Assembly (NCBI GenBank): GCA_042408215.1
Contig: JAYFMW010000003.1
Location: 224,001-288,000, forward strand
Length of the DNA stretch: 64,000 bases
DNA from: Microcoleus sp.
Lineage (GTDB): Bacteria > Cyanobacteriota > Cyanobacteriia > Cyanobacteriales > Microcoleaceae
Reading direction: 5' to 3'
Part shown: positions 32,892 to 45,011 of the stretch, one piece after another
Position numbering within the stretch: the stretch's first letter is position 1
Layout of the letters: each line of letters begins with the position of its first letter
Notes under the pieces: model-generated
What the model was told of the DNA's origin: nothing
Databases searched by the model: none
The model's input: only the letters and a program-made list of their open reading frames with translations
Made by a program: the position numbers and the translations under genes

Positions 32892-33416
32892 TTATTTTGT
32901 CACTTGTGTTGTGCCTTTACCGCAAACCACTTCACCATTTTCATAGGTGGGTTCTGCTGGTTTAATCGGACCGGGTTTGTCAGCTTCGCACAATATGGAT
33001 ATTGTTGTTATTATTTCATTTTGAGCAGCATTAGGAACAACTTCTTTAGCAGGAACTCGAAAGACACCGCCGACATAACTCTTAAGTTGTGGTTGCTTGG
33101 ATACTCCATAATTAAAGGCAGTTTGCTTTGTGGCGCGCAATGAATATTTGTAATTTGTTGTCTCGGTTTTAAGGCCAAGTCCTAAAGCATCAACAGAAGT
33201 GCCAAAAACACTTTTTTCTACATAATAGAATTGCTGACCTTTGTTTATTGAGCTAACATACTGTTTCGCTTCCGTTTGCTTTGCCTTCCTGGCCGTATCC
33301 CGAGATGATAGCGGATCGCCAATCACGACTCCTCCAATAATCCAGATTATAAACAATAAGCATCCGCAACCGGCATCACTTGAATTGCTAATACTTGATT
33401 CTTGATTTTTAGTCAT
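32892..33416 (-). CDS. Type IV pilin-like G/H family protein
   Basis: TM followed by [30 protein letters not shown] and a C-terminal Cys pair. Confidence 0.8.
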   Translation of the reverse strand: MTKNQESSISNSSDAGCGCLLFIIWIIGGVVIGDPLSSRDTARKAKQTEAKQYVSSINKGQQFYYVEKSVFGTSVDALGLGLKTETTNYKYSLRATKQTAFNYGVSKQPQLKSYVGGVFRVPAKEVVPNAAQNEIITTISILCEADKPGPIKPAEPTYENGEVVCGKGTTQVTK

Positions 33417-33494
33417 GGTTTTGTCTCCTTAAATGGTATATACAAGGCGATCGCATCTTTCCCATAACTCGATCGCCTCAACTTCAACTAATCC

Positions 33495-34055
33495 CTAAGT
33501 TCGCAGCTTTTGTCCCTCTTTACGGTCAATTGATGTTGGCTGAATCGCTTTACTGCCGATCGCAAAATCGCGCAATTCCACCCTCGTAAACTTCACACCC
33601 CAAGGATCGGTGATTGTATCCAACTCCTCCACTAAAGCATTATTGAGTAGATTGCGAGCCGTGTAAAGTTCCTCTACATTTAATTTAGCAATATGAGTCC
33701 GAATTGAAAGAATCAGCATATTGAACATCGCTTCTTTGAGATTCTGCACCTTGTAGGAAGCTTTTTCTAAGTCAATGATTCGCCAGTACACAATAAATTC
33801 AAGGGTGACGGAAACGCGATCGCCTGTTGTGCATTGTTGCGGTGCCAGGTTTAACATTTGCTCGCGCAGAGTTTGTTGATAGGCGACTGTTTCGACAAAG
33901 GGAATCAGAAATGTCAAACCAGGTTCGAGTTTTTTGCGATCGTACTTTCCGAAAATTTCAACTAAGGCTTCATCTCCTTGACGGACAATTTTAACACTGC
34001 TGACTAAGGATACACCGGTGATTGCAAACAACACCATCAAAAAATACTGATACAT
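33495..34055 (-). CDS. SPFH/band-7 (stomatin-like) protein, short form
   Basis: VKIVRQG, PGL.F.IPF.E and DPWGVKFTRVELRD motifs. Confidence 0.88.
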   Translation of the reverse strand: MYQYFLMVLFAITGVSLVSSVKIVRQGDEALVEIFGKYDRKKLEPGLTFLIPFVETVAYQQTLREQMLNLAPQQCTTGDRVSVTLEFIVYWRIIDLEKASYKVQNLKEAMFNMLILSIRTHIAKLNVEELYTARNLLNNALVEELDTITDPWGVKFTRVELRDFAIGSKAIQPTSIDRKEGQKLRT

Positions 34056-34097
34056 AGTGAATCTCCTGGTAATTTGAAGCTGTGAACTAAAGATGAT

Positions 34098-34293
34098 AGG
34101 ATTTGCACATCGGGGCCTAGAAACCGGGTTTTTTACGAAAATATTTCGTTATAGCCCGCAGATTCGGTAAAAAACCCGGTTTCTCAACACACCGTGCGTG
34201 GGCCTAGAAACCGGGTTTTTTACGAAAATATTTCGTTATAGCCCGCAGATTCGGTAAAAAACCCGGTTTCTCAACACACCGTGCGTAATTCCT
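34098..34293. repeat. Tandem duplication (87-bp period) of the AGAAACCGGGTTT...AAACCCGGTTTCT element
   Basis: GGCCTAGAAACC at 34114 and 34201; related single copies near 10454-10560 and 57050-57116. Confidence 0.88.
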
Positions 34294-34319
34294 GAATGAA
34301 TTGATTTTGTTACAAAGGT

Positions 34320-34865
34320 TTAGTTGTTGATGTGAATTAATTTGTCAGGTACAACAATCAGCGTGTTTCCTTCGCGGCGCAAAACGTAAACTTTTTGTCT
34401 GGGTGCGATCGCCTCTTGGCGATCTTCATTGCGGGCTTTCCACGAAGCACCTTCATAAATCACCATTCCGGTTTCTCCCGATAAAATTTCTGAGATAGTT
34501 GTCGCTTCGGTTGCTTCGGGAATCACAAACTTTTTGCGAACAATGAAAATCGGTCGAATCCAAATAATCAGGGCGAGAGATATTCCCATCCAGTAGAATA
34601 TCTGCCAGTCAAAATCTTCATACATTACCAGCGCCCAACTAAAATTAAATGCGATCGATCCTCTCCACAAAATAAAGGATTCAATTAGAGCAGAAGCTCC
34701 CATCATCAGCACGTAAAACCTGTATTTTTGGGGCTGGGTTTTTTGGATGAATAGATCGATCGCACTCAGCACAACTGCGATGAGCAACCACAACATCGGC
34801 GGCGTGAATGCGAAAGTTGGTTGATTAGTTGCTAATGCTAGTGGCCAACTTAGGATAGAGTACAT
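34320..34865 (-). CDS. NfeD family protein
   Basis: N-terminal TMs; C-terminal OB-like motif G.V.YEGASWKAR...VLRREGNTLIV; upstream of the SPFH gene. Confidence 0.85.
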   Translation of the reverse strand: MYSILSWPLALATNQPTFAFTPPMLWLLIAVVLSAIDLFIQKTQPQKYRFYVLMMGASALIESFILWRGSIAFNFSWALVMYEDFDWQIFYWMGISLALIIWIRPIFIVRKKFVIPEATEATTISEILSGETGMVIYEGASWKARNEDRQEAIAPRQKVYVLRREGNTLIVVPDKLIHINN

Positions 34866-34955
34866 AATTCTTCACCCCCTTGTGACAGTGCTCAACCTGG
34901 TTATTTCTAATCTAATCAGGTGGCTATTTGAGTTGGCGACTGAGTTATTTGAGAA

Positions 34956-34988
34956 TTCATCGACTTTTCATCGACTTTTCATCGACTT
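34956..34988. promoter_or_regulatory. Three tandem 11-bp direct repeats TTCATCGACTT in a divergent intergenic region (candidate operator)
   Basis: Perfect copies at 34956, 34967 and 34978; regulatory role is inferred. Confidence 0.55.
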
Positions 34989-35038
34989 TGGGACGCTTGG
35001 CATTTATGATGGTTTCAGTGTCTTAATTGTGATAAGCA

Positions 35039-36412
35039 ATGCCGCGATCGCTCAGGCTGCGTCTAAAGTGCATTCCCGCAGTTAAATCGTCTCTCCTAAG
35101 AAATGGCTTCCCCAGTCAGAAAATCTTGGCTGAGGATTTAGGGATAGCCCAATCTACTGTCAGCCATTTCCTGAATGGCAAACCTGTAGATTATGTTAAT
35201 TTCATCGAAATTTGTCGCGGATTGAATCAGGAATGGCGCGATATAGCCGATTTTGAGCTGGAATCTCTGCCCGATGAGGTGTTGCCAAGATCTGCAAAAA
35301 TTGCGATCGCCCAATCCAGTGCAGACCATGAATTAGCTGTCAATTTGAGCGAAATTACTAACACAAAACAGTCAATAATTCAACCCTTGCCAGCCGCAGA
35401 ATTGCCAGGAGGACAAGTAGATTTAGCTTCTCGTTTTTATATCGAGCGTTATCCCATCGAATCTCGCTGTTATGAAACGATTAGCCAACCGGGATCTCTC
35501 ATCCGTATTAAAGCTCCGAGACAGATGGGCAAAACTTCTTTAATGGCGAGGATTTTGCATCATGCAGAACAGCAAGGTTCTCGCACGGTGGCGCTGAGTT
35601 TTCAACTAGCAAATAGGAGAGTTTTCGCTAATTCAGATACATTTTTGCAGTGGTTTTGTGCTAGCGTCGGTCAAGAATTAGGAATGCTGGAACAGTTGCC
35701 TAAGTGTTGGGAATTAGCAGATTTGATTGGCAGTAATCAGTGCTGTAAGGCTTACTTTGAACAGTATTTGCTGTCTGAATCCTCAAGACCTCTGACCTTG
35801 GGTTTGGATGAGAGCGATCGCCTATTTGAATCCCCGGAAATTGCCGATGACTTTTTTGGGTTATTACGAGCTTTGCACGAAGAAGCAAAACGGCGAGATA
35901 TTTGGAAAAAGTTTCGCTTAATTGTGGTGCATTCTACGGAAGTTTATATCCCGCTGGATGTGAATAAATCGCCGTTTAATGTGGGATTGCCGATTGAATT
36001 ACCGGAATTTAATGAGCAGCAGGTGCAAGAATTGGCAAGGCGGCACGGATTGAATTGGATTGCGAATGAAGTTGCAGAATTGATGGCGTTAGTGGGAGGA
36101 CATCCCTATTTAGTGCGGCTGGGAATATATCACATTTCGCGTCAAGATGTGACTTTAAATCAATTGGTGAAATCCCCGGCCACAGAAGCGGAAATTTACA
36201 GCGATCATTTGCGGCGGCATTTGTGGAATTTAGAGAAATATTCGGAATTAATGGATGCGATGAGAGAGGTTGTGAGTGGTTCCCAGCCTGTTAGATTGAG
36301 GTCAGAATTAGGGTTTAAGTTAAATAGTATGGGGTTGGTGAAATTTAACGGAAATAATTGCATTCCGAGATGCCGATTGTATGAGGAATATTTTCGCGAT
36401 CGCGTAGGTTAA
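35039..36412 (+). CDS. XRE-type HTH fused to an AAA_35 NTPase
   Basis: SQKILAEDLGIAQSTVSHFLNG HTH; APRQMGKTSL, GLDESD, SPFNVG, VGGHPYL. Confidence 0.87.
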   Translation: MPRSLRLRLKCIPAVKSSLLRNGFPSQKILAEDLGIAQSTVSHFLNGKPVDYVNFIEICRGLNQEWRDIADFELESLPDEVLPRSAKIAIAQSSADHELAVNLSEITNTKQSIIQPLPAAELPGGQVDLASRFYIERYPIESRCYETISQPGSLIRIKAPRQMGKTSLMARILHHAEQQGSRTVALSFQLANRRVFANSDTFLQWFCASVGQELGMLEQLPKCWELADLIGSNQCCKAYFEQYLLSESSRPLTLGLDESDRLFESPEIADDFFGLLRALHEEAKRRDIWKKFRLIVVHSTEVYIPLDVNKSPFNVGLPIELPEFNEQQVQELARRHGLNWIANEVAELMALVGGHPYLVRLGIYHISRQDVTLNQLVKSPATEAEIYSDHLRRHLWNLEKYSELMDAMREVVSGSQPVRLRSELGFKLNSMGLVKFNGNNCIPRCRLYEEYFRDRVG

Positions 36413-36656
36413 TACCAATTTCTATAAACATCGCCCACGCAATTTAAGCAGCTTACAAATAGGAATCCGGCGATGAAGCCGCTGACCGCTTTTTGCAGCG
36501 CGTGCTTTACCGCATCAACAGGCTCAACTTATTTTGATCTGCTGTCGCGCATCTAAAAATTATCTAGGAAGCGCCCTGGCGGTTAAGAAACCCAGCGCAA
36601 AACTATTTCCCGTCTGTGCCCAAACCTCCAGGGCGGTTGGTATCACAAGAAATTAA

Positions 36657-37025
36657 TTAGTCCTCAGTGTCCACAAAAACTGTCACCGCAGCCACCGCAA
36701 TCAACATTTCATCATTTTTATCATTCAGAGATGCGATCGCCCTTCCTTCCACAACCATTCCCCCCTGCTCCACAATCAGAGTTTTGCTCCCGAAAGGGAG
36801 CACAGCCAATACCTCCTCCGATCGCACTTGTTCAGGATAAGGAACCGCCACCTTTACTTCCACAATCATTTGATTGGGATCGCTCAAACCCGCCACTTCC
36901 CAGACACCCAGCAAAGCATTATGGGCGATCGCATTCCGTACAGCCCTTGCCGCGGCTACAGTCGGTTCCTGTCCGTGCTGGTCTACACCCATGCCCATTT
37001 CAATGATTAAACGTTTCCGCACCAT
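36657..37025 (-). CDS. Lin0512 family protein
   Basis: IEMGMGVDQHGQ..T.AA.RAV.NAI and PFG...GG motifs. Confidence 0.85.
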   Translation of the reverse strand: MVRKRLIIEMGMGVDQHGQEPTVAAARAVRNAIAHNALLGVWEVAGLSDPNQMIVEVKVAVPYPEQVRSEEVLAVLPFGSKTLIVEQGGMVVEGRAIASLNDKNDEMLIAVAAVTVFVDTED

Positions 37026-37207
37026 AGCTACCTCTTTGTTACTTTTTGTTTTTAGTCGATCGCGCTCTTCCCAAAACAATTATCAACCAAAACGACTGCA
37101 TTTTTTAGACTTTAACAATTTTCTCAAACAACAAAATAATAACTTATGGTAATATAACCAAATTCACCTTTCCTCGCGGACTGCAAAATACATCGCCAGC
37201 TTGAATC

Positions 37208-38122
37208 ATGGATAGTTTTCTGCCAATTGCCTACTTTCAAAACCAATTTCTCCCATTTACCGAAGCCAAAGTTTCCATAGCCACCCACGCACTGCACTAC
37301 GGAACCGGAGTCTTAGGCGGCTTGCGGGGAATACCCGACCCCGAAAACCCCGATCGAATCTTGCTATTTAGATTAGACCGCCACTGTCAAAGACTAAGCC
37401 AAAGTGCCAGCTTCCTCAAATGCGATTTGCTCGCCGACAAAATCCAAGAAATAATCGTTGATTTTGTCAAGAAAAATCAGCCCACCAAATCTTTTTATAT
37501 CCGCCCATTTATCTACACCTCAAGTTTGGGAATAGCCCCCCGACTGCACAACGTAGAAACAGACTTTTTTGTCTACGGATTAGAACTCTCAGACTATTTA
37601 CCCAAAGAAGGAGTCAACTGTAGAATTAGCTCTTGGTACCGCCAAGAAGACCGCAGTTTACCCTTGAGAGGAAAAATTAGCGGCGCTTACATTACCTCAG
37701 CCTTAGCCAAAACAGAAGCAGTAGAATCCGGCTTCGATGAAGCTATTATGATGAATACTCAGGGAAAAGTCAGCGAAGCTTCAGGGATGAACATATTTGT
37801 CGCCAGAAACGGTAAATTAGTTACTCCCGGTTTCGATCAAGATATTCTCGAAGGAATTACCAGAGACAGTGCGATAACTATCGCCAGAGACTTAGGAATT
37901 GAAGTCATAGAAAGACCAGTTGACAAATCAGAACTCTTGATTGCTGACGAGATTTTTCTGTGCGGCACCGCAGCTAAAATCACCCCAATTAACCGAATCG
38001 AAAACTATCATTTACCAAAAGAGCGACCCATCACCAAAAAACTCTTGGAAAAACTCACTGGAATCATCGAAAATCGCGACAGCAAGTACAAAGACTGGGT
38101 ATTTCCGATCAGTCTAAATTGA
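37208..38122 (+). CDS. ilvE: Branched-chain amino acid aminotransferase
   Basis: HALHYGTG, KISGAY, EASGMN, ILEGITR, CGTAA motifs. Confidence 0.92.
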   Translation: MDSFLPIAYFQNQFLPFTEAKVSIATHALHYGTGVLGGLRGIPDPENPDRILLFRLDRHCQRLSQSASFLKCDLLADKIQEIIVDFVKKNQPTKSFYIRPFIYTSSLGIAPRLHNVETDFFVYGLELSDYLPKEGVNCRISSWYRQEDRSLPLRGKISGAYITSALAKTEAVESGFDEAIMMNTQGKVSEASGMNIFVARNGKLVTPGFDQDILEGITRDSAITIARDLGIEVIERPVDKSELLIADEIFLCGTAAKITPINRIENYHLPKERPITKKLLEKLTGIIENRDSKYKDWVFPISLN

Positions 38123-38129
38123 CCGTAAA

Positions 38130-38457
38130 TACAGCGTATCCCAGGTTTATGAAGTGCAGTAGGGACACTCAAGCGTGCTCTTCTTAGTGTCAACTTAACG
38201 TTAAACCCAGTCACAGATTGCTGTTTGACCATTAAGCCTAGATCCCCCCTAGCCCCCCTTAAGAAGGGGGGGACAGGAGTCTTTTCAAAGTCCCCCTTCT
38301 TAAGGGGGATTTAGGGGGTTCTAGACTTAGGTAAAAGCGAGAGATACCAAGGCTTTCAGGCGATTGTTGACACTCCTTGGGCGAAAGCCTTTGTCCCTAC
38401 GGGTATCTATCGATAAGCGGGTGTACTTCATAAACGCGGGTTCACCAATATCTGTGA
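38130..38457. repeat. Nested palindromic composite repeat with MITE-like core at 38188-38372
   Basis: Outer GTTTATGAAGTGCA/TGTACTTCATAAAC, middle GTAGGGACA/TGTCCCTAC, inner TGTCAAC/GTTGACA. Confidence 0.82.
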
Positions 38458-38492
38458 TTCACATCCAGGGTATTTATAAACCCGCCCCTACC

Positions 38493-39347
38493 TTAATCGC
38501 ACAAAACAGCCGCATGATGTTGAATATGATCTTCCATAAAACTCGCGACAAAATAATAACTATGATCGTAACCTTCCTGCATTCTTAAAGTTAGCGGCTG
38601 TCCCGCTTTTGCACAAGCCTCCGCGAACACTTCCGGCAACAACTGCCCATCAGCAAGATATGAATCTGCCCTGCCGCAATCAATCAGAATCGGACGGTTA
38701 TATGAGGCTTCAACTACCAAGTCGCTAGCATCCCAAGCCCGCCAATGCTCTCGATTGTCACCGAGGTAGTGACCGAAGATTTTTTGTCCCCAAGGGCAAC
38801 GCATGGGCGCGCAAATGGGCGCAAAAGCAGAAACAGAAAGATAGCGATCGCCATTTTTTAACGCACAAATTAAAGCCCCATGTCCCCCCATCGAATGACC
38901 GAAAATACCCTGTTTTTCCGGTATAACTGGAAAATTTTCTGCTATTAAATTAGGCAATTCATCAACAACATAACTGTACATTTGATAGTGAGAATTCCAA
39001 GGTGCAACTGCGGCATCAACATAAAAACCCGCACCACTTCCCAAATCCCAATCGTCATCTTCGCCAGCAATACCAGTATGGCGCGGGCTAGTATCGGGCG
39101 CAACCAGCATTAACCCATATTTTGATGCCAATTGCTGCGCTCCCGCTTTTGCCATAAAATTCTCTTCGGTGCTGGTTAATCCTGATAGGAAATACAGGAT
39201 TGGTACGGGTTGAGACTGGGCTTGTGGCGGCTGATATACAGCGAATTTCATCTCGCTATTGCAGGTGGAGGATTGATGGCTGTAAAAGCCGAGTTTACCG
39301 CCAAAAATTTTATGTTCTTTGTGCTGTTTTAGGGATGCGGATATCAT
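38493..39347 (-). CDS. fghA: S-formylglutathione hydrolase
   Basis: LSGLT, GHSMGGHGA and GYDHSYYF motifs; downstream of frmA. Confidence 0.95.
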   Translation of the reverse strand: MISASLKQHKEHKIFGGKLGFYSHQSSTCNSEMKFAVYQPPQAQSQPVPILYFLSGLTSTEENFMAKAGAQQLASKYGLMLVAPDTSPRHTGIAGEDDDWDLGSGAGFYVDAAVAPWNSHYQMYSYVVDELPNLIAENFPVIPEKQGIFGHSMGGHGALICALKNGDRYLSVSAFAPICAPMRCPWGQKIFGHYLGDNREHWRAWDASDLVVEASYNRPILIDCGRADSYLADGQLLPEVFAEACAKAGQPLTLRMQEGYDHSYYFVASFMEDHIQHHAAVLCD

Positions 39348-39436
39348 ATTAATTCTCTTTAATTTAGGAATGGGATTTTTTTACCGCAGAGGGCGCAGAG
39401 GGCGCAGAGGAAGAGAGAAGAGAGCAGAGTTTTTAT

Positions 39437-41308
<1,872 letters not shown>

Positions 41309-41457
41309 TACAGCAACCCTTGCAGCATTTGCGAACATCTCTCTTTTATTCTCCTCTGCGCCCTCTGCGCTCTCTGCGGTTCATTAAAAAAAATATCTCA
41401 AAAATGACATAAAATTGCTATATTCCCAACTCAAAACTCTTTCCCCAAATTGCCACT

Positions 41458-42519
41458 GTGAACTCCCCTGCGAACTCGCCACTAACCCCCCCCTCCCCAA
41501 TCGAAACCCGCAAAGCAGACCACCTACGGCTCTGCATCGAAGAAGATGTACAATTCCGCGAAACTACCAGCGGACTTGAACGCTATCGTTTTGCTCACTG
41601 CTGTTTGCCAGAACTCGATCGCAACGACATTGATTTAACCTCAACTTTTCTTGGCAAAAAACTAGCCGCGCCGCTGCTAATTTCCTCGATGACTGGCGGT
41701 ACAGAATTAGCCAAAACTATCAATTACCTGCTCGCCGATGTTGCTCAAAAATACAAAATTGCAATGGGAGTCGGTTCCCAACGAATAGTAGTAGAAAATC
41801 CTGAATTAGCTGCTACCTTTGCAGTCCGTCGTCGCGCTCCAGACATTCTGCTATTTGCTAACATCGGAGCAGTTCAATTAAACTACAATTACGGTTTGGA
41901 ACAGTGCCAAAAAATTGTGGATATTCTGGAAGCAGATGCCCTGATTTTGCACCTTAATCCCCTGCAAGAGTGCATTCAAACTGAAGGCGATACTAACTTT
42001 AAAGGACTCCTCGATCAAATTGCCAAATTGTGCGAAAAATTACCAGTACCAGTCATTGCTAAAGAGGTTGGTAACGGTATTTCAGGAGCGATGGCCAAGA
42101 AATTGCTCGCAGCAGGGGTAAGCGCGATCGATGTTGCCGGAGCTGGAGGCACTTCTTGGGCGAAAATAGAAGGAGAGCGAGCAAAAAATGCTCTTGGGCG
42201 CAGGTTGGGCGCGACATTTGCCGACTGGGGAATCCCGACAGCCGAGTGCGTTGTCGGTGCGAGGAAAGCAGCGCCGGATGTTCCTCTGATTGCTTCTGGA
42301 GGCTTGCAGAATGGGTTGGATGCAGCGAAGGCCCTCGCCCTTGGCGCGGATCTGGCGGGGCTGGCGAGGCCGTTTTTGCAAGCAGCAGCGGAATCGGAAT
42401 CAGCCTTAGAGCTCCTAGTTGAGGTTTTAATTGCAGAGATTGCCACAGTGATGTTTTGTACCGGCTGCGCTAACTTGTATGAGTTACAACATTCTGGGGT
42501 TTTGGAAAGGTTAAGATAG
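41458..42519 (+). CDS. fni: Type 2 isopentenyl-diphosphate delta-isomerase
   Basis: RKADH, SSMTGG, VGSQR, HLNPLQE, KEVGNG and GAGGTSW motifs. Confidence 0.95.
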   Translation: MNSPANSPLTPPSPIETRKADHLRLCIEEDVQFRETTSGLERYRFAHCCLPELDRNDIDLTSTFLGKKLAAPLLISSMTGGTELAKTINYLLADVAQKYKIAMGVGSQRIVVENPELAATFAVRRRAPDILLFANIGAVQLNYNYGLEQCQKIVDILEADALILHLNPLQECIQTEGDTNFKGLLDQIAKLCEKLPVPVIAKEVGNGISGAMAKKLLAAGVSAIDVAGAGGTSWAKIEGERAKNALGRRLGATFADWGIPTAECVVGARKAAPDVPLIASGGLQNGLDAAKALALGADLAGLARPFLQAAAESESALELLVEVLIAEIATVMFCTGCANLYELQHSGVLERLR

Positions 42520-42653
42520 AAGTAGGTCATTAGTCAGCAGTCATCGGTCATTAGTTAGTGGTGACTTATTATTTGTGAGTTATGTAATTAGGACTACGGA
42601 CTGCTAACTAATGACTAATGACTAATGACTAATGACTAATTACCAATTATCTA

Positions 42654-44471
42654 ATGAAAGATTTCCTAAAATATACGTTTGCAAGTTTGCTGGGAAGCCT
42701 CCTAGGATTGGTGTTGCTCGGTAGCCTAGGATTGGGGGGCATGGTACTGCTAATTGCTGTGGCTGCATCGTCTAAAGATTCGGGCCCGCAAGTTAAAGAT
42801 AAGTCTGTATTGGTGTTAGATCTTTCTCTGAATATCACTGACAGCAAACCTAGTCGCAACACCGGCGCGGCGATTGAAGAAGTGCTTTCTGATGAGGGTT
42901 CGGATACCGTGACGCTGCGTAGTGTTTTAGATGCGATCGCATCTGCTAAAAAAGATCCGAAAATAGTTGGTATTTATCTCGAAGGTAGCTCGGATTCTGG
43001 GAGCAGCGGGTGGGCTAACCTCAAAGAAGTTCGATCGGCATTGCAGGGTTTCCGAGATGCCAAAAAACCCATTTTTGCTTACCAGATGGGTTGGAATGAG
43101 CGAGATTATTACCTCGGTTCCGTTGCTAATACCATTGCAGTCAATCCTTTCGGCGCTTTGGAACTCAACGGTTTTAGTAGCCAATCCATGTTTTTTACTG
43201 GTGCTTTGGAGAAATACGGCGTGGGAGTGCAAGTCACTCGCGTTGGCAAATATAAGTCAGCCGTTGAACCGTTTTTGCTCACAAAAATGAGTCCCGAAAA
43301 TCGCCAGCAAACTCAAAAGTTGCTCGGAGATATGTGGGGAGAATACCTGCAAACTGTCGGGCCAAACCGCAAATTGACTGTTCCCCAACTGCAAGCGATC
43401 GCAGATAATGGCGGAACTTTGATGGCTGACGAAGCTCTCAAAAGCAAGTTAGTTGATCGAGTTGTGTACTTTGACGAAATTGCGACAGAACTTAAGAAAC
43501 TAACAGGAGCCGATGGAGAAAACAAATCTTTCAAACAAATTAGTTTGAAAAATTACGCGAGAATTGCTGAGAATAAAAACTCAAATCGCGGGGACAATAA
43601 AAAGCAGATTGCTGTGCTTTACGCCGAGGGAGAAATTGTAGACGGCGAAGGAGGTGCGAGTCAAGTAGGAGGCGATCGCATTGCTCAAGAATTGCGGAAA
43701 ATCCGAGAAGATAACGACGTAAAAGCCGTGGTTTTGCGCGTCAACAGTCCCGGAGGCAGCGTAACGGCATCTGAAGTAATTGGACGGGAAGTCGCGCTCA
43801 CTGCTAAGAAAAAACCAGTTATTGTTTCGATGGGCAATTTAGCGGCTTCCGGCGGCTATTGGATTTCGATGGGTTCTAGCAAAATTTTTGCTGAAGCGAA
43901 TACGATTACCGGTTCGATCGGCGTTTTTGGAATGCTCTTCAACGTCGAAAAGTTGGCGGCTAACAACGGGCTGAGTTGGGATATTGTGAAAACCGGCCTC
44001 TATGCCGATACTAACACGATTTCTCGCCCGAAAAATCCTCAAGAATTGGCTAATATTCAGAGGATAGTCGATCGCATTTACGATCGATTTATTACTAAAG
44101 TCGCAGACGGACGCAAACTGCCTAAAAACAAGGTACAAGAAATTGCTCAAGGCCGGGTTTGGTCTGGTACCGCCGCGAAACAGTTGGGTTTGGTCGATGA
44201 AATTGGCGGTTTTGAAGATGCTGTCAAAGAGGCGGCGAAGCAAGCTAAACTAGGCGATGATTGGCAATTAGAAGAATATCCGAAACGCCGCAGTTTGGAA
44301 GAGCGAATTTTGGAAAGAATTTCAGGTGTTCGCGTTTCTAAACCAGCCACCCAACTCGACCCGCTGACGGCAGAGGTTAAAAAAATACAGTCGGAATTGG
44401 CTGTTGTCAAGTCCATGAACGATCCCCAGGGAGTTTACGTTCGCTTACCTTTCAATTTACGGATTGATTAA
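42654..44471 (+). CDS. sppA: Signal peptide peptidase SppA, 67K type
   Basis: Two S49 domains; GKYKSAVEP, VNSPGG, AASGGY motifs. Confidence 0.94.
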   Translation: MKDFLKYTFASLLGSLLGLVLLGSLGLGGMVLLIAVAASSKDSGPQVKDKSVLVLDLSLNITDSKPSRNTGAAIEEVLSDEGSDTVTLRSVLDAIASAKKDPKIVGIYLEGSSDSGSSGWANLKEVRSALQGFRDAKKPIFAYQMGWNERDYYLGSVANTIAVNPFGALELNGFSSQSMFFTGALEKYGVGVQVTRVGKYKSAVEPFLLTKMSPENRQQTQKLLGDMWGEYLQTVGPNRKLTVPQLQAIADNGGTLMADEALKSKLVDRVVYFDEIATELKKLTGADGENKSFKQISLKNYARIAENKNSNRGDNKKQIAVLYAEGEIVDGEGGASQVGGDRIAQELRKIREDNDVKAVVLRVNSPGGSVTASEVIGREVALTAKKKPVIVSMGNLAASGGYWISMGSSKIFAEANTITGSIGVFGMLFNVEKLAANNGLSWDIVKTGLYADTNTISRPKNPQELANIQRIVDRIYDRFITKVADGRKLPKNKVQEIAQGRVWSGTAAKQLGLVDEIGGFEDAVKEAAKQAKLGDDWQLEEYPKRRSLEERILERISGVRVSKPATQLDPLTAEVKKIQSELAVVKSMNDPQGVYVRLPFNLRID

Positions 44472-44481
44472 TGTGGAGATC

Positions 44482-44791
44482 CCCAGGTTTATGAAATGCA
44501 GCTTTAGACACTCAAGCGTGCCCATTGGTGTCAACTTAAGGTAAAACCCAGTCATAGACTGGTGTTTGACTATTAAGGCCTGATCCCCCCTAGCCCCCCT
44601 TAAGAAGGGGGGGACAGGAGTATTCTTAAAGTCCCCCTTCTTAAGGGGGATTTAGGGGGATCTGGACTCAGGTAAAAACGAGATTTATCAAGGCTTTTAG
44701 GCTTAAGTTGACACCAATAGGCACGCGCTTAGTGTCCCTACGGGGATTGATCGATAGGCGGGTGTACTTCATAAACCTGCAATCTGCTGTA
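44482..44791. repeat. Nested palindromic composite repeat with MITE-like core at 44529-44713
   Basis: Same architecture as 38130-38457; perfect TGTCAACTTAAG/CTTAAGTTGACA inverted repeat. Confidence 0.85.
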
Positions 44792-45011
44792 TCGCTGTTA
44801 GCTCCCCGCAGCACTTAAAGCCTGCGGGGAGCTGGGTATTCTATTTCTTTAGCCGTTGCTCACTTAGTGGTAAATTCTTCTTCAAACAACAATCCTCCAG
44901 TATTATAAAACTTTATTAAGTTTGTAAGCAGTAGTAAGCAATGGTAGTATCATATAGTCAGAAGGCTCAACAGAGATAATTATTGCGCTTGTTGAAAAAT
45001 GGAGAGTCAGA

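Noticed and set aside
28401..36412. tRNA-anchored genomic island or prophage
   Set aside because: No integrase, no phage genes and no duplicated tRNA 3' end seen.
36420..36650. GC-rich intergenic stretch with GCCCTGG/CCAGGGC inverted repeat as an ncRNA
   Set aside because: Only a short stem, no recognisable family and no promoter evidence.
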